From NCBI GenBank assembly GCA_965207225.1, contig CBDBLV010000005.1, positions 1,088,001-1,152,000 on the forward strand: 64,000 bases of DNA. The letters run 5' to 3'. Below are positions 28,500 to 38,318 of this stretch, in pieces (position 1 is the stretch's first letter; each line of letters starts with the position of its first letter). The translations under genes and the position numbers were made by a program. Under the pieces are notes generated by a model. The model ran no database searches and had not been told where the DNA came from. It saw only the letters and a program-made list of their open reading frames with translations. The stretch comes from Dehalococcoidia bacterium. GTDB lineage: Bacteria > Chloroflexota > Dehalococcoidia > Plut-88900.

Positions 28500-29645
28500 C
28501 TACAGGTTGTAGAGGGCGATGGCGTTTTCGCCCATGATCTTGCGCTGGTCGGGTTCGGGGAGGGAGCTGAGGTTTTCTTTGAGTTCGCCTACGGGGTCGG
28601 CGCTGGAGTCGCTGTGGGGGAAGTCTCCGGCCCAGAGGAAGCGGTCGGCGCCGAGGAGCTGGATGGGTCGGTGGGCTTCTTTTTCCTCGGGCTCCATGTC
28701 GATCCAGCACTGGCGCTTGAAGTAGTCGGTGGGTTTCATCTTCATGCCGGTGGTGAAGCCGAAGATCTCGTAGTACTCGTCCATGCGCTCCAGCCAGTGG
28801 GGCAGCCACCCGCTCCCCGACTCAGTTACGACCAGCTTGAAGGCTGGGAACCGTTCGAAGACGCCGCCCTGGAAGAAAGTGGTGAAGCCGAGCTTCACGT
28901 CTTCCGCCGCCCACATATAGACCCACCAGGTGACGGTGTGGTCAGCTTCGGGATATAGCTCATTGCCGAAGTACCTGGGGTTGCCCGACGCGTGGAGGGA
29001 GACGGGCAGATCCAGCTCCTGGCATACGTCCCATAGCGGATCGAAGTGGGAGTCGCCGTAGGAGCCGCCGTTGGTGGGTCGGCCGTAGATCATGAGGCCC
29101 CTGGCCCCCTGGCCCTTCACCCTGCGTACTTCTTCCACCGCACCTTCGATGTCCCTTAGCGGAATGTGGGCGACGTGGGCGAGGCGGTCGGGACTGGTGG
29201 CGCAGAACCCGGCGATCCAATCGTTGTAGACGCGGGCGTAGGCGAGGGCAAGGCCTGGGTCGGGGCAGACGGTCTCCCAAGTGAGGCCAAGGGTGGGGTA
29301 GAGGATGACGGTGTCTATGCCGCGTTGGTCGAGGACCTTGACGTGCTCGTCGGGGTCGTAGGCGCCGGGGGGCCGACCCTCGGCGTAGCCGACCTTGCCG
29401 GGGGTCAGGTAGTCCTCGATGGGATGTGGGGGGTCGGGCTGGCCGGCTCCGGCCCTGCCGAAAATGCCCCCATCCAGGAAGTAGCCGTGGTGGTGCCGGT
29501 TGTCCACGCACATGTACTCCCAGCCCTTCTCGTCTTTTTCGAAGCGGAGGGCCCGGTCCCTGTACTGCGGCTCGATGTTTTCAGTCCAGAGGTCGGGGGG
29601 TTCGAGGACGTGGCTGTCGATGTCGATGAGTCTGAGCGCGGACAC
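28500..29645 (-). CDS. Amidohydrolase_2 family
   Basis: DIDSHVLEP, YPTLGL, YNDW, WAGDFPH. Confidence 0.9.
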   Translation of the reverse strand: MSALRLIDIDSHVLEPPDLWTENIEPQYRDRALRFEKDEKGWEYMCVDNRHHHGYFLDGGIFGRAGAGQPDPPHPIEDYLTPGKVGYAEGRPPGAYDPDEHVKVLDQRGIDTVILYPTLGLTWETVCPDPGLALAYARVYNDWIAGFCATSPDRLAHVAHIPLRDIEGAVEEVRRVKGQGARGLMIYGRPTNGGSYGDSHFDPLWDVCQELDLPVSLHASGNPRYFGNELYPEADHTVTWWVYMWAAEDVKLGFTTFFQGGVFERFPAFKLVVTESGSGWLPHWLERMDEYYEIFGFTTGMKMKPTDYFKRQCWIDMEPEEKEAHRPIQLLGADRFLWAGDFPHSDSSADPVGELKENLSSLPEPDQRKIMGENAIALYNL

Positions 29646-29706
29646 GGTTGCTCACCTCCCAGTTCTTTGCGAGGGCGGACGGTCGGGGCCAGGCTGAAGT
29701 CGGGCT

Positions 29707-30837
29707 CTAGGAGGCCAGCTTGTAAAGCTCCATGGCGTTGCCGCCGAACACCCTCCGCTGGTCTTCCTCCGGCAGGTCTCCCAAGTTCTTCTCCAGCTCA
29801 TTTACGGGGTCGAGGATGGAGTCGGAGTGGGGGAAGTCATAGGCCCACATGAACCTGTCGGCACCGAGGATTTCGATGCTGAGCGGCGCGAGTCTCTCGT
29901 CGGGGTCCATGGAGATGAAGGCCTGGCGCTTAAAGTAGGTGCTGGGTATCTCCTTCATGGGGGTGGTGAAGCCGTTTATCTCGAACTTTTCGTCCATGCG
30001 GTCGAGCCACCAGACCAGCCAGCCTATGCCGGACTCGAGGATGACGACCTTCAGGTCCGGGAACCTGTCAAAGGTGCCGTGGTTGAAGTAGCTGCTGAAG
30101 TTGAGCTTCACGGTCTCGCCGCCGTAGAGGAAGAGCCACCAGGGGGTCTGGTCCTCGGGGTTCGGGTATGCTACTGCCGTAACGGAGTTTTGTCCGGTGG
30201 ACGGGTGTATGGTCATGGGCATGTCCAGGGCCACGGCCTCTTCCCACAGGGGGTCGAAGTAGGGGTGGCCGTATGGCCTGCCGGGGCTGCAGTCGGAGCC
30301 CATCATCATGGCCTTGGCCCCGAGGGCTGCGGTGCGCTTCATCTCCTTGATGGCCTCGTTTACATCGCCCATGGGGATGTGGGCGACGGGGATGAGCCGG
30401 GTGGGGGCTTCGGAGCAGAAGTCGAAGACCCAGTCGTTATAGGCCCGGCAGTTGGCTGCGGCGACCTTGACGTCGTCGCAGTCGTACTCCCACAGCAGGC
30501 CGAGGGAAGGGTAGACGAGGGTCATGTCTATGCGTTCGTCATCCATGACCTTGGCACGCTCGGAGGCGATGTAGCCGCCGGGGACCATGGCCTCGTCCCA
30601 GGAGATGCGACCGGGCTCCAGATAGGGCCTAGCGTCCTTGCCGATAGCGCCCAGGGCCCCGAGGGCCCCGCCCCGTCCGAAGAAGGACTTCTTGCCGTCC
30701 ACGTTGAGGTACTCGAGGCCGTTTTCGTCCTTTGAGATCTTAAGGGCGTGGTCCCGGTACTCGGGGTCTATGTAGTCCTGCCAAAGGTTGGCAGGCTCCA
30801 TGATGTGGCCGTCTATGTCGACGAAGGTAGCGTTCAT
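29707..30837 (-). CDS. Amidohydrolase_2 family
   Basis: DIDGHIMEP, WAYDFPH. Confidence 0.9.
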   Translation of the reverse strand: MNATFVDIDGHIMEPANLWQDYIDPEYRDHALKISKDENGLEYLNVDGKKSFFGRGGALGALGAIGKDARPYLEPGRISWDEAMVPGGYIASERAKVMDDERIDMTLVYPSLGLLWEYDCDDVKVAAANCRAYNDWVFDFCSEAPTRLIPVAHIPMGDVNEAIKEMKRTAALGAKAMMMGSDCSPGRPYGHPYFDPLWEEAVALDMPMTIHPSTGQNSVTAVAYPNPEDQTPWWLFLYGGETVKLNFSSYFNHGTFDRFPDLKVVILESGIGWLVWWLDRMDEKFEINGFTTPMKEIPSTYFKRQAFISMDPDERLAPLSIEILGADRFMWAYDFPHSDSILDPVNELEKNLGDLPEEDQRRVFGGNAMELYKLAS

Positions 30838-30958
30838 CTGCTGACTCCTTGACTAACGGGGTGTCCGATGATTGTCGGGAATGTTACTCCACATCCACGG
30901 TGGGGACAACGCAAATTTCGAAGTTCATGTAGCTTTGAAGGGGGGAAGGGGATTCTTT

Positions 30959-32089
30959 CTATATTGCCAGGTTGTACAACTCTATTGCATTCCGCCCGAA
31001 CACCTTCTGTCGGTCTTCTTCGGGGAGGTCGGCGAGGTTCTTTTCCAGCTCGTTGACGGGGTCGAGGATGGAGTCGGAGTGGGGGAAGTCATAGGCCCAC
31101 ATGAACCTGTCGGCACCGAGGATTTCTATGCTGAACTTGGCGAGGCGCTCATCGGGGTCCATGGAGATGAAGCATTGGCGCTTGAAGTAGGAACTGGGGA
31201 CTTCTTTCATGGGGGTGGTGAAACCGTTGATCTCGAACTTTTCGTCCATCCGGTCAAGCCACCAGACCAGCCAGCCTATGCCGGACTCCAGGATGACGAC
31301 CTTCAGGTCAGGGAACTTATCGAAGGTGCCGTGGTTGAAGAAGCTGCTGAAGTTCAGCTTTACGGTCTCGCCGCCGTAGAGGAAGATCCACCAGGTGGTC
31401 AGGTCCTCGATGTTGGGGTAGGCCACCGCCGAGACGGAATTGCGCCCGGTGGCAGGGTGAATGGTCATGGGCGTGTCCAGGGCCTCGGCTTCCGCCCACA
31501 GGGGGTCGAAGTAAGGGTGACCGTAGGGCCTTCCCGGTTCGCAGTCGGAGCCGAGCATCATGGCCTTGGCCCCGAGGGCCGCGGTCCTTTTCATTTCCTT
31601 GATGGCCTCGTCGACGTCGGCCATGGGGATGTGGGCCACGGGGACGAGGCGAGTCGGGGCTCCGCTGCAGAAGTCGAAGACCCAGTCGTTGTAAGCCCGG
31701 CAGTTGGCGGCGGCAACTTTCGGGTCGTCGCAGTCGTATTCCCAGACCAGGCCGAGGGAGGGGTAGACGAGGGTCATGTCGATCCGCTCTTGGTCCATGA
31801 CCTTGGCCCGTTCGGAGGCGATGTAGCCGCCAGGGACCATGGCCTCGTCCCAGGAGATGCGCCCGGGTTCCAGGTAGGGTCGCACGTCCTTGCCGATAGC
31901 GCCCAGGGCCCCAAAGGCCCCATCCCTGGCCAAGAAGGCCTTGTTGCCGTCAACGTCCACGTATTCAAGCCCGTTTTCGTCCCTGGATATCTTGATGGCG
32001 TGGTCCCGGTACTCGGGGTCGATATAGTCCTGCCAGAGGGTCGCGGGCTCCGTGATGTGGCCGTCTATGTCGATGAAGGTGGGGGTCAT
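30959..32089 (-). CDS. Amidohydrolase_2 family, recent tandem paralog
   Basis: Near-duplicate of 29707-30837; the TTGTCC..TAACAT promoter is also duplicated (about 30880-30909 and 32130-32160). Confidence 0.9.
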   Translation of the reverse strand: MTPTFIDIDGHITEPATLWQDYIDPEYRDHAIKISRDENGLEYVDVDGNKAFLARDGAFGALGAIGKDVRPYLEPGRISWDEAMVPGGYIASERAKVMDQERIDMTLVYPSLGLVWEYDCDDPKVAAANCRAYNDWVFDFCSGAPTRLVPVAHIPMADVDEAIKEMKRTAALGAKAMMLGSDCEPGRPYGHPYFDPLWAEAEALDTPMTIHPATGRNSVSAVAYPNIEDLTTWWIFLYGGETVKLNFSSFFNHGTFDKFPDLKVVILESGIGWLVWWLDRMDEKFEINGFTTPMKEVPSSYFKRQCFISMDPDERLAKFSIEILGADRFMWAYDFPHSDSILDPVNELEKNLADLPEEDRQKVFGRNAIELYNLAI

Positions 32090-32281
32090 CTCCACTCTCC
32101 TTAGCTACAATGCGGCTGACGATTGGAGGGAATGTTACCCAACATCCGGGGTAGGGACAATGAGGGGTTGGATATTTGATTGAATGTTGATTGAACTTTG
32201 ATTGAACTCGTGGCTGGTTTGATTGAATGACGCCTGAAAGGGAAAAACCTGGGGGCAGGGGGAGGCCCCCAGCCCCGCGGG

Positions 32282-32425
32282 GGAACCCTCACCCCCTTGA
32301 TCCCCCTCTCCCCCTCGAGGGACTCGGGGCAGGCTCTCAGGGCCATTGAGGGAGAGGGGGAGAGAAGAACAGGGGCAGAGGTTGGCGCTATAGCGCCAAC
32401 CTCTGCCTCTAGTTCAGTACTGGGG
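32282..32425 (+). repeat. Composite double-hairpin cassette, copy b
   Basis: Same layout as 9811-9930 with a nested CCCTCGAGGGACTCGGGGCAGGCTCT insert. Confidence 0.9.
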
Positions 32426-33009
32426 AAAGGGGAGGGGATGGGGGTGTTCGATTGTGGGGATTGGGTTTGCATTGTGTTTGTTGGGGTTTGGGTCGGCGAT
32501 GGAAGACGCCCAGAGGGACAAGGCCCCTGTTCCTATGGGAGCAGCTTTCGGGCGCCCGGGGTCGGGCGCAGGTTCAAGCGCCTTGTGCAGGGCCTTGACT
32601 GTCAATAGGGATGACGGTCCAAGGCGCTCCCAGGGAAAGGGGAAAAGGGACAGAACGGGACAAGAAGCTATGTAATGGAACGAGGACGGGTCCAGGGCGT
32701 CTATCCATCGCCTAGATGGTCAGGGAAGGGACGCGGGACCCGGTGGGGTCGGGTGGGCTTCCCTGGGTTTTTGGTTCCTCCTTGAGCTATGGAATAACAG
32801 TTCGAACACAGGAACATTTTAGCACTATTGTAATAGGAGTCAAGGGAGTTTTGGTCGGGGCTTTGGGGGCGATCAGCCAGCCATCCCTACGGGAAGGGAA
32901 CGCCCGACCCAGTTCCGTTCGGTCAACCCTTCGACTACGCTCAGGGCGAACGGAACCCCCACCCAAGGGATGGATTCCCGATCAGGGTCGGGAATGACGG
33001 AGGGGGCCG

Positions 33010-33858
33010 CTACTTCTCGAAGCCATGCTTTCGCCTGTGCCATCTGAGATACTTTTTGTCTGGTTGGAACCCCTTGATTGGCTTACCCTCATCCTTCAAA
33101 AGCATCTCGTAGAGTCGTCCGTCTTGAGAAGAAGCCAACCCTTGGCTAACCTTAAGCTTGTAGTTGTCGTCGAAGGTAATCAGCCCCCGGTCAAAAGCCT
33201 TGTCATACAAAGCATTCAACAGCAGCCCATTTTGGGGGATCAATCTTTCGTGCTCCTCTGACTCCGACCAGGGCTTGATGTGACTGGCAATCAACAGTTT
33301 CTCGTTGCTTATGCCAGTTATGCAGCACTGGGGGCCATACACTTCCAGTAGCCCATCTCGGAAAACTCCCTGGTTCACCCGGGCCTTAACGACGGCTTCT
33401 CTTTCCTTTCCTTTGATCCCTTGGCGACCCAGCAGACCTGAAAGCGCGTTAATCTTCTTCCGCTCCTCTTCTAGATCTTTCTGGGTTGGGCCGGTCTTCC
33501 TAGGCTTAGGAACCGGAGGACTTACTAAGCGTTCAATCCCCGATGGAAGGGGTACGGGGATGTCATCCCGAATTCTTCCTTTTATTCTCTTGCCACCGTA
33601 CTTTACGGGCAGCTCCACCTTATGGTTATCGATACGATACTTGAAGACCTTGCGGCCTTCCCTACCAAACTTCCTAACCAGCTTGTTCGCCAAGTCAAGC
33701 CATTCTCTCCCTCCACCTAGTCTTGTATTCTTCCATTGGTGTGTATTCTCTACAATCCTCCTAGACTGCTCGCTTTCCGCACGAACCGCACCAACGAACG
33801 ACATGGCAGCCACATATACCTTGCCATCTATCTCGAAATAAAAAGTCTTCTCTGCCAT
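33010..33858 (-). CDS. HNH endonuclease (restriction-type HNH_2)
   Basis: RVNQGVFR..L...CCITG...LIASHIKPW..S...NGLLLNALYDKAFDRGLITF; lower GC than flanks. Confidence 0.9.
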   Translation of the reverse strand: MAEKTFYFEIDGKVYVAAMSFVGAVRAESEQSRRIVENTHQWKNTRLGGGREWLDLANKLVRKFGREGRKVFKYRIDNHKVELPVKYGGKRIKGRIRDDIPVPLPSGIERLVSPPVPKPRKTGPTQKDLEEERKKINALSGLLGRQGIKGKEREAVVKARVNQGVFRDGLLEVYGPQCCITGISNEKLLIASHIKPWSESEEHERLIPQNGLLLNALYDKAFDRGLITFDDNYKLKVSQGLASSQDGRLYEMLLKDEGKPIKGFQPDKKYLRWHRRKHGFEK

Positions 33859-33897
33859 GTCTGTTCCTTAATTGCTTGTACCATAAACTACTGCTTT

Positions 33898-34824
33898 TCA
33901 AAAGACGGCGATGGGGTTGGCGGGGGAGCCGGTGGCGGCCTGGAAGCGAAGGGGGGCTATGACGAGCATGAATTCCCATCGGTTTCTTTGGGCGCAGGCC
34001 TGGGCTACTTCTTCGAGGTTCATGTTGTCTATGAGCCAGAGGCCGAGGGTGGGAATGCCGATCTCGTGGTTTGGCTCTCCGATGTTCTGGTAGCCGCTGG
34101 GGGAGACCTCGTTGTTCTGGTCTCCGCCGAGCATGGCGATGTCTCGCTCTTTGAACCAGGGGACGCAGGACACATGGGGGCCGGGCCTGGGGTCGGAGGT
34201 GTCGGTAACGTCGCCGTCATAGTAGCGGGCGAGGTGGCCGGTGCGGATGAGGAGTACGTCTCCGGATTCCACGCGGACATCTTCAGCGGACTCGGCTTCT
34301 TCGAGCATGTCGGGGGTGATGGGGAGGGGGGTCTCGATGCGGTCGACGCCCCGGAGCCGGGCGATGTCGAGGAGGACGCCCCGGGTGACGACGCCCTGGG
34401 AGAGGAGGGTTATGGACTCGGCTTCTGCGCCATTTTCGCTGTTCACGAGGTTGGCGGGATGGCCGTTGTACATCTTGCCGCCGGTGAAGACGTGGCAAAG
34501 GGCGTCGACGTGGGTGATGCAGTTTCCGTGATAGGCCAATCCCATGAAGTCGCCGGACCAGGTGGCGTTTTCGCCGGCCTCTCCGGTTGCGGTCATGTAG
34601 TGGAGGACCCGGGACATGTGCTCGCCGGGGAGGTCGGGCTTGATGGTCCAGGCGCAGGATACCGAGACGCCGTCCCTGACCAGCGAGGCCGCCTGCTTCC
34701 TCTTCTCTTCCGTAACCAAGTTTACGGTGCCGAGCTGGTCCTCGGGGCCCCAGCGGCCCCAGTTGGAGCAGGTCTCGGCGTAGGAGAGGACTTCACCTTC
34801 GGTGGGGAAGCTGAGTTGGGTCAT
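33898..34824 (-). CDS. Cyclase (kynurenine formamidase-like) family
   Basis: NWGRWGPEDQLGTVN, HG...THVDALCH, RGVLLD, GD.LLIRTG, ATGSPANP.A. Confidence 0.9.
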   Translation of the reverse strand: MTQLSFPTEGEVLSYAETCSNWGRWGPEDQLGTVNLVTEEKRKQAASLVRDGVSVSCAWTIKPDLPGEHMSRVLHYMTATGEAGENATWSGDFMGLAYHGNCITHVDALCHVFTGGKMYNGHPANLVNSENGAEAESITLLSQGVVTRGVLLDIARLRGVDRIETPLPITPDMLEEAESAEDVRVESGDVLLIRTGHLARYYDGDVTDTSDPRPGPHVSCVPWFKERDIAMLGGDQNNEVSPSGYQNIGEPNHEIGIPTLGLWLIDNMNLEEVAQACAQRNRWEFMLVIAPLRFQAATGSPANPIAVF

Positions 34825-34939
34825 GGTTACGCTCCATTCTCGGACTTCACAGGATGAACAGGGGCTGCCTCATCATAGGGTCGGGGGCAAGGGTGTCAAG
34901 TTGGGTGTCGGTGGCCGGGCCGTATAGTACACTGGCCGC

Positions 34940-35497
34940 ATGGAAGCGCCGGTGACCCGAAAGTCGGGACGAAAGATGGACGTGCATCTGCAGCAGATGG
35001 CGGAGTTCATCAGCTTCACAGAGGAGGATGCGGAGCTTATCCGGGCCACGGGGCCGACGGTCATTGCCCACGCCGACGAGGTGACGAAAGTCGTTTACGA
35101 CCACCTGCTGGAACAGCCCGGCACCTACAACTTCTTCCGCAAGGAAGACGGCACGATCGACGAGGAGCGGGTGGAGAACCGGCGGAAGGGGCTGGCGCGG
35201 TGGCTGGCGCGCACTGCGGACGCCAAGCTGGACTACTCCTTTGCCTGGCACATGGTGGCGATGGGGATTGCGCACAGCCACCGGATGCAGAAGCCGATGG
35301 GTCGGGTGCCGGGGCCGTTCATGGTGGGAACGATGAGCTTTGTCCAGACAACCGTGAGCCAGATCCTGATGGAAGACCTGGAGGACAAGGGGCTGGCGTC
35401 CCGGGCGGCGATAGCGTGGAACAAGATCCTGATGCTGGAGCTGGACCTGCTGTTGACGGGGTACTATTCGGTTACGCCGCCGCCCGATAGCCAGTGA
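34940..35497 (+). CDS. Single-domain protoglobin / sensor-globin protein
   Basis: FISFTEEDAELI, VYDHLL, L.RWL, MGIAH, AWNKILML.LDL fit the protoglobin fold. Confidence 0.8.
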   Translation: MEAPVTRKSGRKMDVHLQQMAEFISFTEEDAELIRATGPTVIAHADEVTKVVYDHLLEQPGTYNFFRKEDGTIDEERVENRRKGLARWLARTADAKLDYSFAWHMVAMGIAHSHRMQKPMGRVPGPFMVGTMSFVQTTVSQILMEDLEDKGLASRAAIAWNKILMLELDLLLTGYYSVTPPPDSQ

Positions 35498-35841
35498 CGT
35501 ACCTGGAGAACTTCAGGGAGCGGCGCAGCCAGGACCGGGGAGATGAGGGAGACCCACCGCTTTTCGCGCTCGGGGCGCGGGTGAGGGTGACGTTGTATCC
35601 CGTCGATTCGACGCTGGTTGGGGAGACAGGGTCGGTGCGGTCTGTGCGGGGGAGGTACGGGAGGCGGGGGTCGGAGGCGAGCACGGGGGCGATGCTGGCG
35701 TCTCCGGGGGAGTACCTGTATGAGGTTGCGCTGGATGAACCGCCTGCTAACAAGCCGAGGAGTATTTCGGTTAGGGAGTCGGGGTTGAGGTGGCTCCATT
35801 CACCAGGGAACCCTCACCCCCTTTATCCCCCTCTCCCTTAG
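35494..35841 (+). CDS. Hypothetical protein
   Basis: 4-bp overlap with the globin stop; the 3' end runs into repeat cassette c. Confidence 0.45.
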   Translation: MTYLENFRERRSQDRGDEGDPPLFALGARVRVTLYPVDSTLVGETGSVRSVRGRYGRRGSEASTGAMLASPGEYLYEVALDEPPANKPRSISVRESGLRWLHSPGNPHPLYPPLP

Positions 35842-35926
35842 GGCCATCAAGGGAGGGGGGGAAGAAAAAACAGAGGCATGCACCTGCGCCAAGGCGCAGG
35901 TGCATGCCTCTAGTTTGGTACTGGGG
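35807..35926 (+). repeat. Composite double-hairpin cassette, copy c
   Basis: Same flanks, different inner hairpin AGAGGCATGCACCTGCGCC-AA-GGCGCAGGTGCATGCCTCT. Confidence 0.9.
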
Positions 35927-36003
35927 GAACGGGGGGATGGATTCCGGGTCGGGGGCCGGAATGAGCGATATACGAAGGGCTATTGATGGGATAGGGAGAG
36001 CGC

Positions 36004-36759
36004 CTAACTCGGCTTTATGGCTATGAAGTCCATGTCTCGGATTGCGGGTGGGTAGCCGGCGGACTGGGTGTCTTTCATGATGCGGACTTCTGCGAATCCG
36101 GCGGATGCCAGGCGGTCCAGATATTGCTCCCTGAGGTCTGCGCCGCTGACGCAAGCTACCCACTGGGACATGTCGGACTGGATGTCGGGTGGGAGGGCTT
36201 CTGCAAGCACCATGTCGGATATGTACATGCGGCCGCCGGGCTTCAGGATGCGGAAGGCCTCGCGGAAGACGGCGTCCTTGTCGGGGGCGAGGGTGATGAC
36301 GCAGTTCGAGATTATGACGTCGGTGGTCGCGTCCTCGAGGGGGGTGTTTTCCATCTCGGCGAGGTGGAACTCGACGTTGGAGAGGCCGAGCTTGTCGCGG
36401 TTCTTGTTGGCGAGGGCGATCATGTCGGGGGTCATGTCTATGCCGATGACCCGACCTTCTGGCCCGACCTGCTGGGCGGCAAGGAAGCAGTCGATGCCGC
36501 CGCCGCTGCCGAAGTCGACCACCGTTTCACCTTCGTTGAGGGAGGCGAGGGCAGTCGGGTTTCCGCACCCGGCGGAGGCCTGTACGGCCTCGGTTGGGAG
36601 AGTACCTACTTCTTCCGCGCTGTAGAGCGTCGTCTCACAGCAGGTGTTTGCCCCACAACAGTCGGTCGCCTGGGGTAGTTCGCCGGTCGCGCCTCGGGCG
36701 AGGCTCCCGTAGTGATCCTTGACCAGCTCTTTGATTTTGCCTTCTTCTACGTTGACCAT
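36004..36759 (-). CDS. arsM: Arsenite S-adenosylmethionine methyltransferase
   Basis: N-terminal CC..CC, GCGNP, DFGSGGGIDC, ISNCVI.L.PDK, W..C.SGA. Confidence 0.88.
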   Translation of the reverse strand: MVNVEEGKIKELVKDHYGSLARGATGELPQATDCCGANTCCETTLYSAEEVGTLPTEAVQASAGCGNPTALASLNEGETVVDFGSGGGIDCFLAAQQVGPEGRVIGIDMTPDMIALANKNRDKLGLSNVEFHLAEMENTPLEDATTDVIISNCVITLAPDKDAVFREAFRILKPGGRMYISDMVLAEALPPDIQSDMSQWVACVSGADLREQYLDRLASAGFAEVRIMKDTQSAGYPPAIRDMDFIAIKPS

Positions 36760-36856
36760 TTTCGTGTACTCCTAAATGCCCTGCTCAGTCTCTGATTCCA
36801 CATGGCGCTATTGCCTAAGGTCACAGGTTGGGAATCATTGCATTTATCTCGTTTTG

Positions 36857-38230
36857 TCATTGAAGTGGAACCTCTCTTTCAAGAAGCTGAGTGGCTAGTC
36901 GCAAGTCTTTAAAGTAACCCGATGTAGGCGAAATGTTAGATTCTCTGGTAGCTCTATCTACTATCATCCGTGAGTAGTCAACTGTCACATTACCATCAGC
37001 CAATTCTTTCTCGGCCATCTCTTCATGGTAGCCATACAACTCTGATGTGGTGACCGGGAGACTGTAGAAAGGAGGGATTGTTTCCCCAGATAAAAGACAT
37101 GAAGTCTTGATTAATGTTAATTCCAGCTCCTGAGCACACGCGTTTTCATGCATTTGTCTAGGAGCACGGAGACCGTTGCAGGATCCCTTCTCAAAGACAG
37201 CGTCAGCCATCGCCTTGTCCGAGATCTCTCCTACAATAAATCGTCTGTATTCTACGGGTGCAATAGAGCGGGCGATCCACAAGTGAGTCAAAGTATAGAG
37301 TGGTGGTTGAGGATGAGAATTCACAATTGAACTGAGGTGTTGAACCGACTTGTCTACCTCCCTAAGGCTCAAACCTGATGCATTGAGAAACAGCAAGGCA
37401 CTTGAAATGTTACGTGGAATAATAGAGCCGAGCGCAGTTTCTATATATTGCAAGCGCTTTGATGTGGGTAGGGTGAAAACGTCATCAAAAAATCTTTCCA
37501 AGTAACCCTCAGCGTTAAACCCTTGTCCATAGAATGATCTGATCGAGTGTGTCAACTCAGAGAGGTTTACAGCAACAACGAATACTACATTATCAGTATG
37601 AAAAACATGTTCTAATAATTGTAGCATGTCCACGGCATATTCGGGATTACACCTGTCCAACTCGTCAATCAACACGACAGTGGGAAGATTGGACCAGCTC
37701 CTTGCTGCATCTGATAAAGCCAGGGCAAAGTCCTCAGTAGATTCCAGCTTAGGTTCTACTTTTTCGTTAGTTTTGGTGCCAATAGTATGTCTCGCTGCTT
37801 GAAGCACCAATTCAGTTGCTTGAGGGTCATGCTCAAGTTCAGGTTGAAGGAGCGACAACAACTTAACACCTTGTGAAACTAGAGGAATTGAGTTATGAAG
37901 GAAGGATATTATCCGCTGATGAGACGGCCCTCGGTTATCGAGAGAAACCTGCACCTGCCGTAGAATCTCCCTTGTAAGAATGTCGAAAGGATCTGATTGA
38001 GAGAATTTCCATGCATTGAACTCAACAACTTTCACGCACTCGCCTCGTAGAAAGGCGGCCAACAGTGCCAGAAAAGTTGACTTGCCAGTACCCCATTGGC
38101 CGTCGATAGCTACGGCTTGAGGACTTCGAGACAATAGAGCCTGAGTATGGGCAGCAATTGCTGGCTCTAGCCCTAGGCGGTCATTCTTGAATATATCGTC
38201 GCTAGGAATTTCAATTAGGGAAGAGGGCAT
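36857..38230 (-). CDS. KAP-family P-loop NTPase
   Basis: IDGQWGTGKS, FNAW, IDELDRC.P, YLERFFD; AT-rich relative to the window. Confidence 0.88.
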   Translation of the reverse strand: MPSSLIEIPSDDIFKNDRLGLEPAIAAHTQALLSRSPQAVAIDGQWGTGKSTFLALLAAFLRGECVKVVEFNAWKFSQSDPFDILTREILRQVQVSLDNRGPSHQRIISFLHNSIPLVSQGVKLLSLLQPELEHDPQATELVLQAARHTIGTKTNEKVEPKLESTEDFALALSDAARSWSNLPTVVLIDELDRCNPEYAVDMLQLLEHVFHTDNVVFVVAVNLSELTHSIRSFYGQGFNAEGYLERFFDDVFTLPTSKRLQYIETALGSIIPRNISSALLFLNASGLSLREVDKSVQHLSSIVNSHPQPPLYTLTHLWIARSIAPVEYRRFIVGEISDKAMADAVFEKGSCNGLRAPRQMHENACAQELELTLIKTSCLLSGETIPPFYSLPVTTSELYGYHEEMAEKELADGNVTVDYSRMIVDRATRESNISPTSGYFKDLRLATQLLEREVPLQ

Positions 38231-38318
38231 AACTTACGTGGATTCCTCATGTTAAGTGATTTCCGTACTGCGCATTTGATACATTCTATCTTGCATATCT
38301 CCTCGCTTCTCCGTGACA

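Noticed and set aside
32101-32472. Short ORFs sharing ELEAEVGA.APTSA.VLLSPSP peptides (also in 8742-9989)
   Set aside because: These are translations of the composite hairpin cassette, not a protein family
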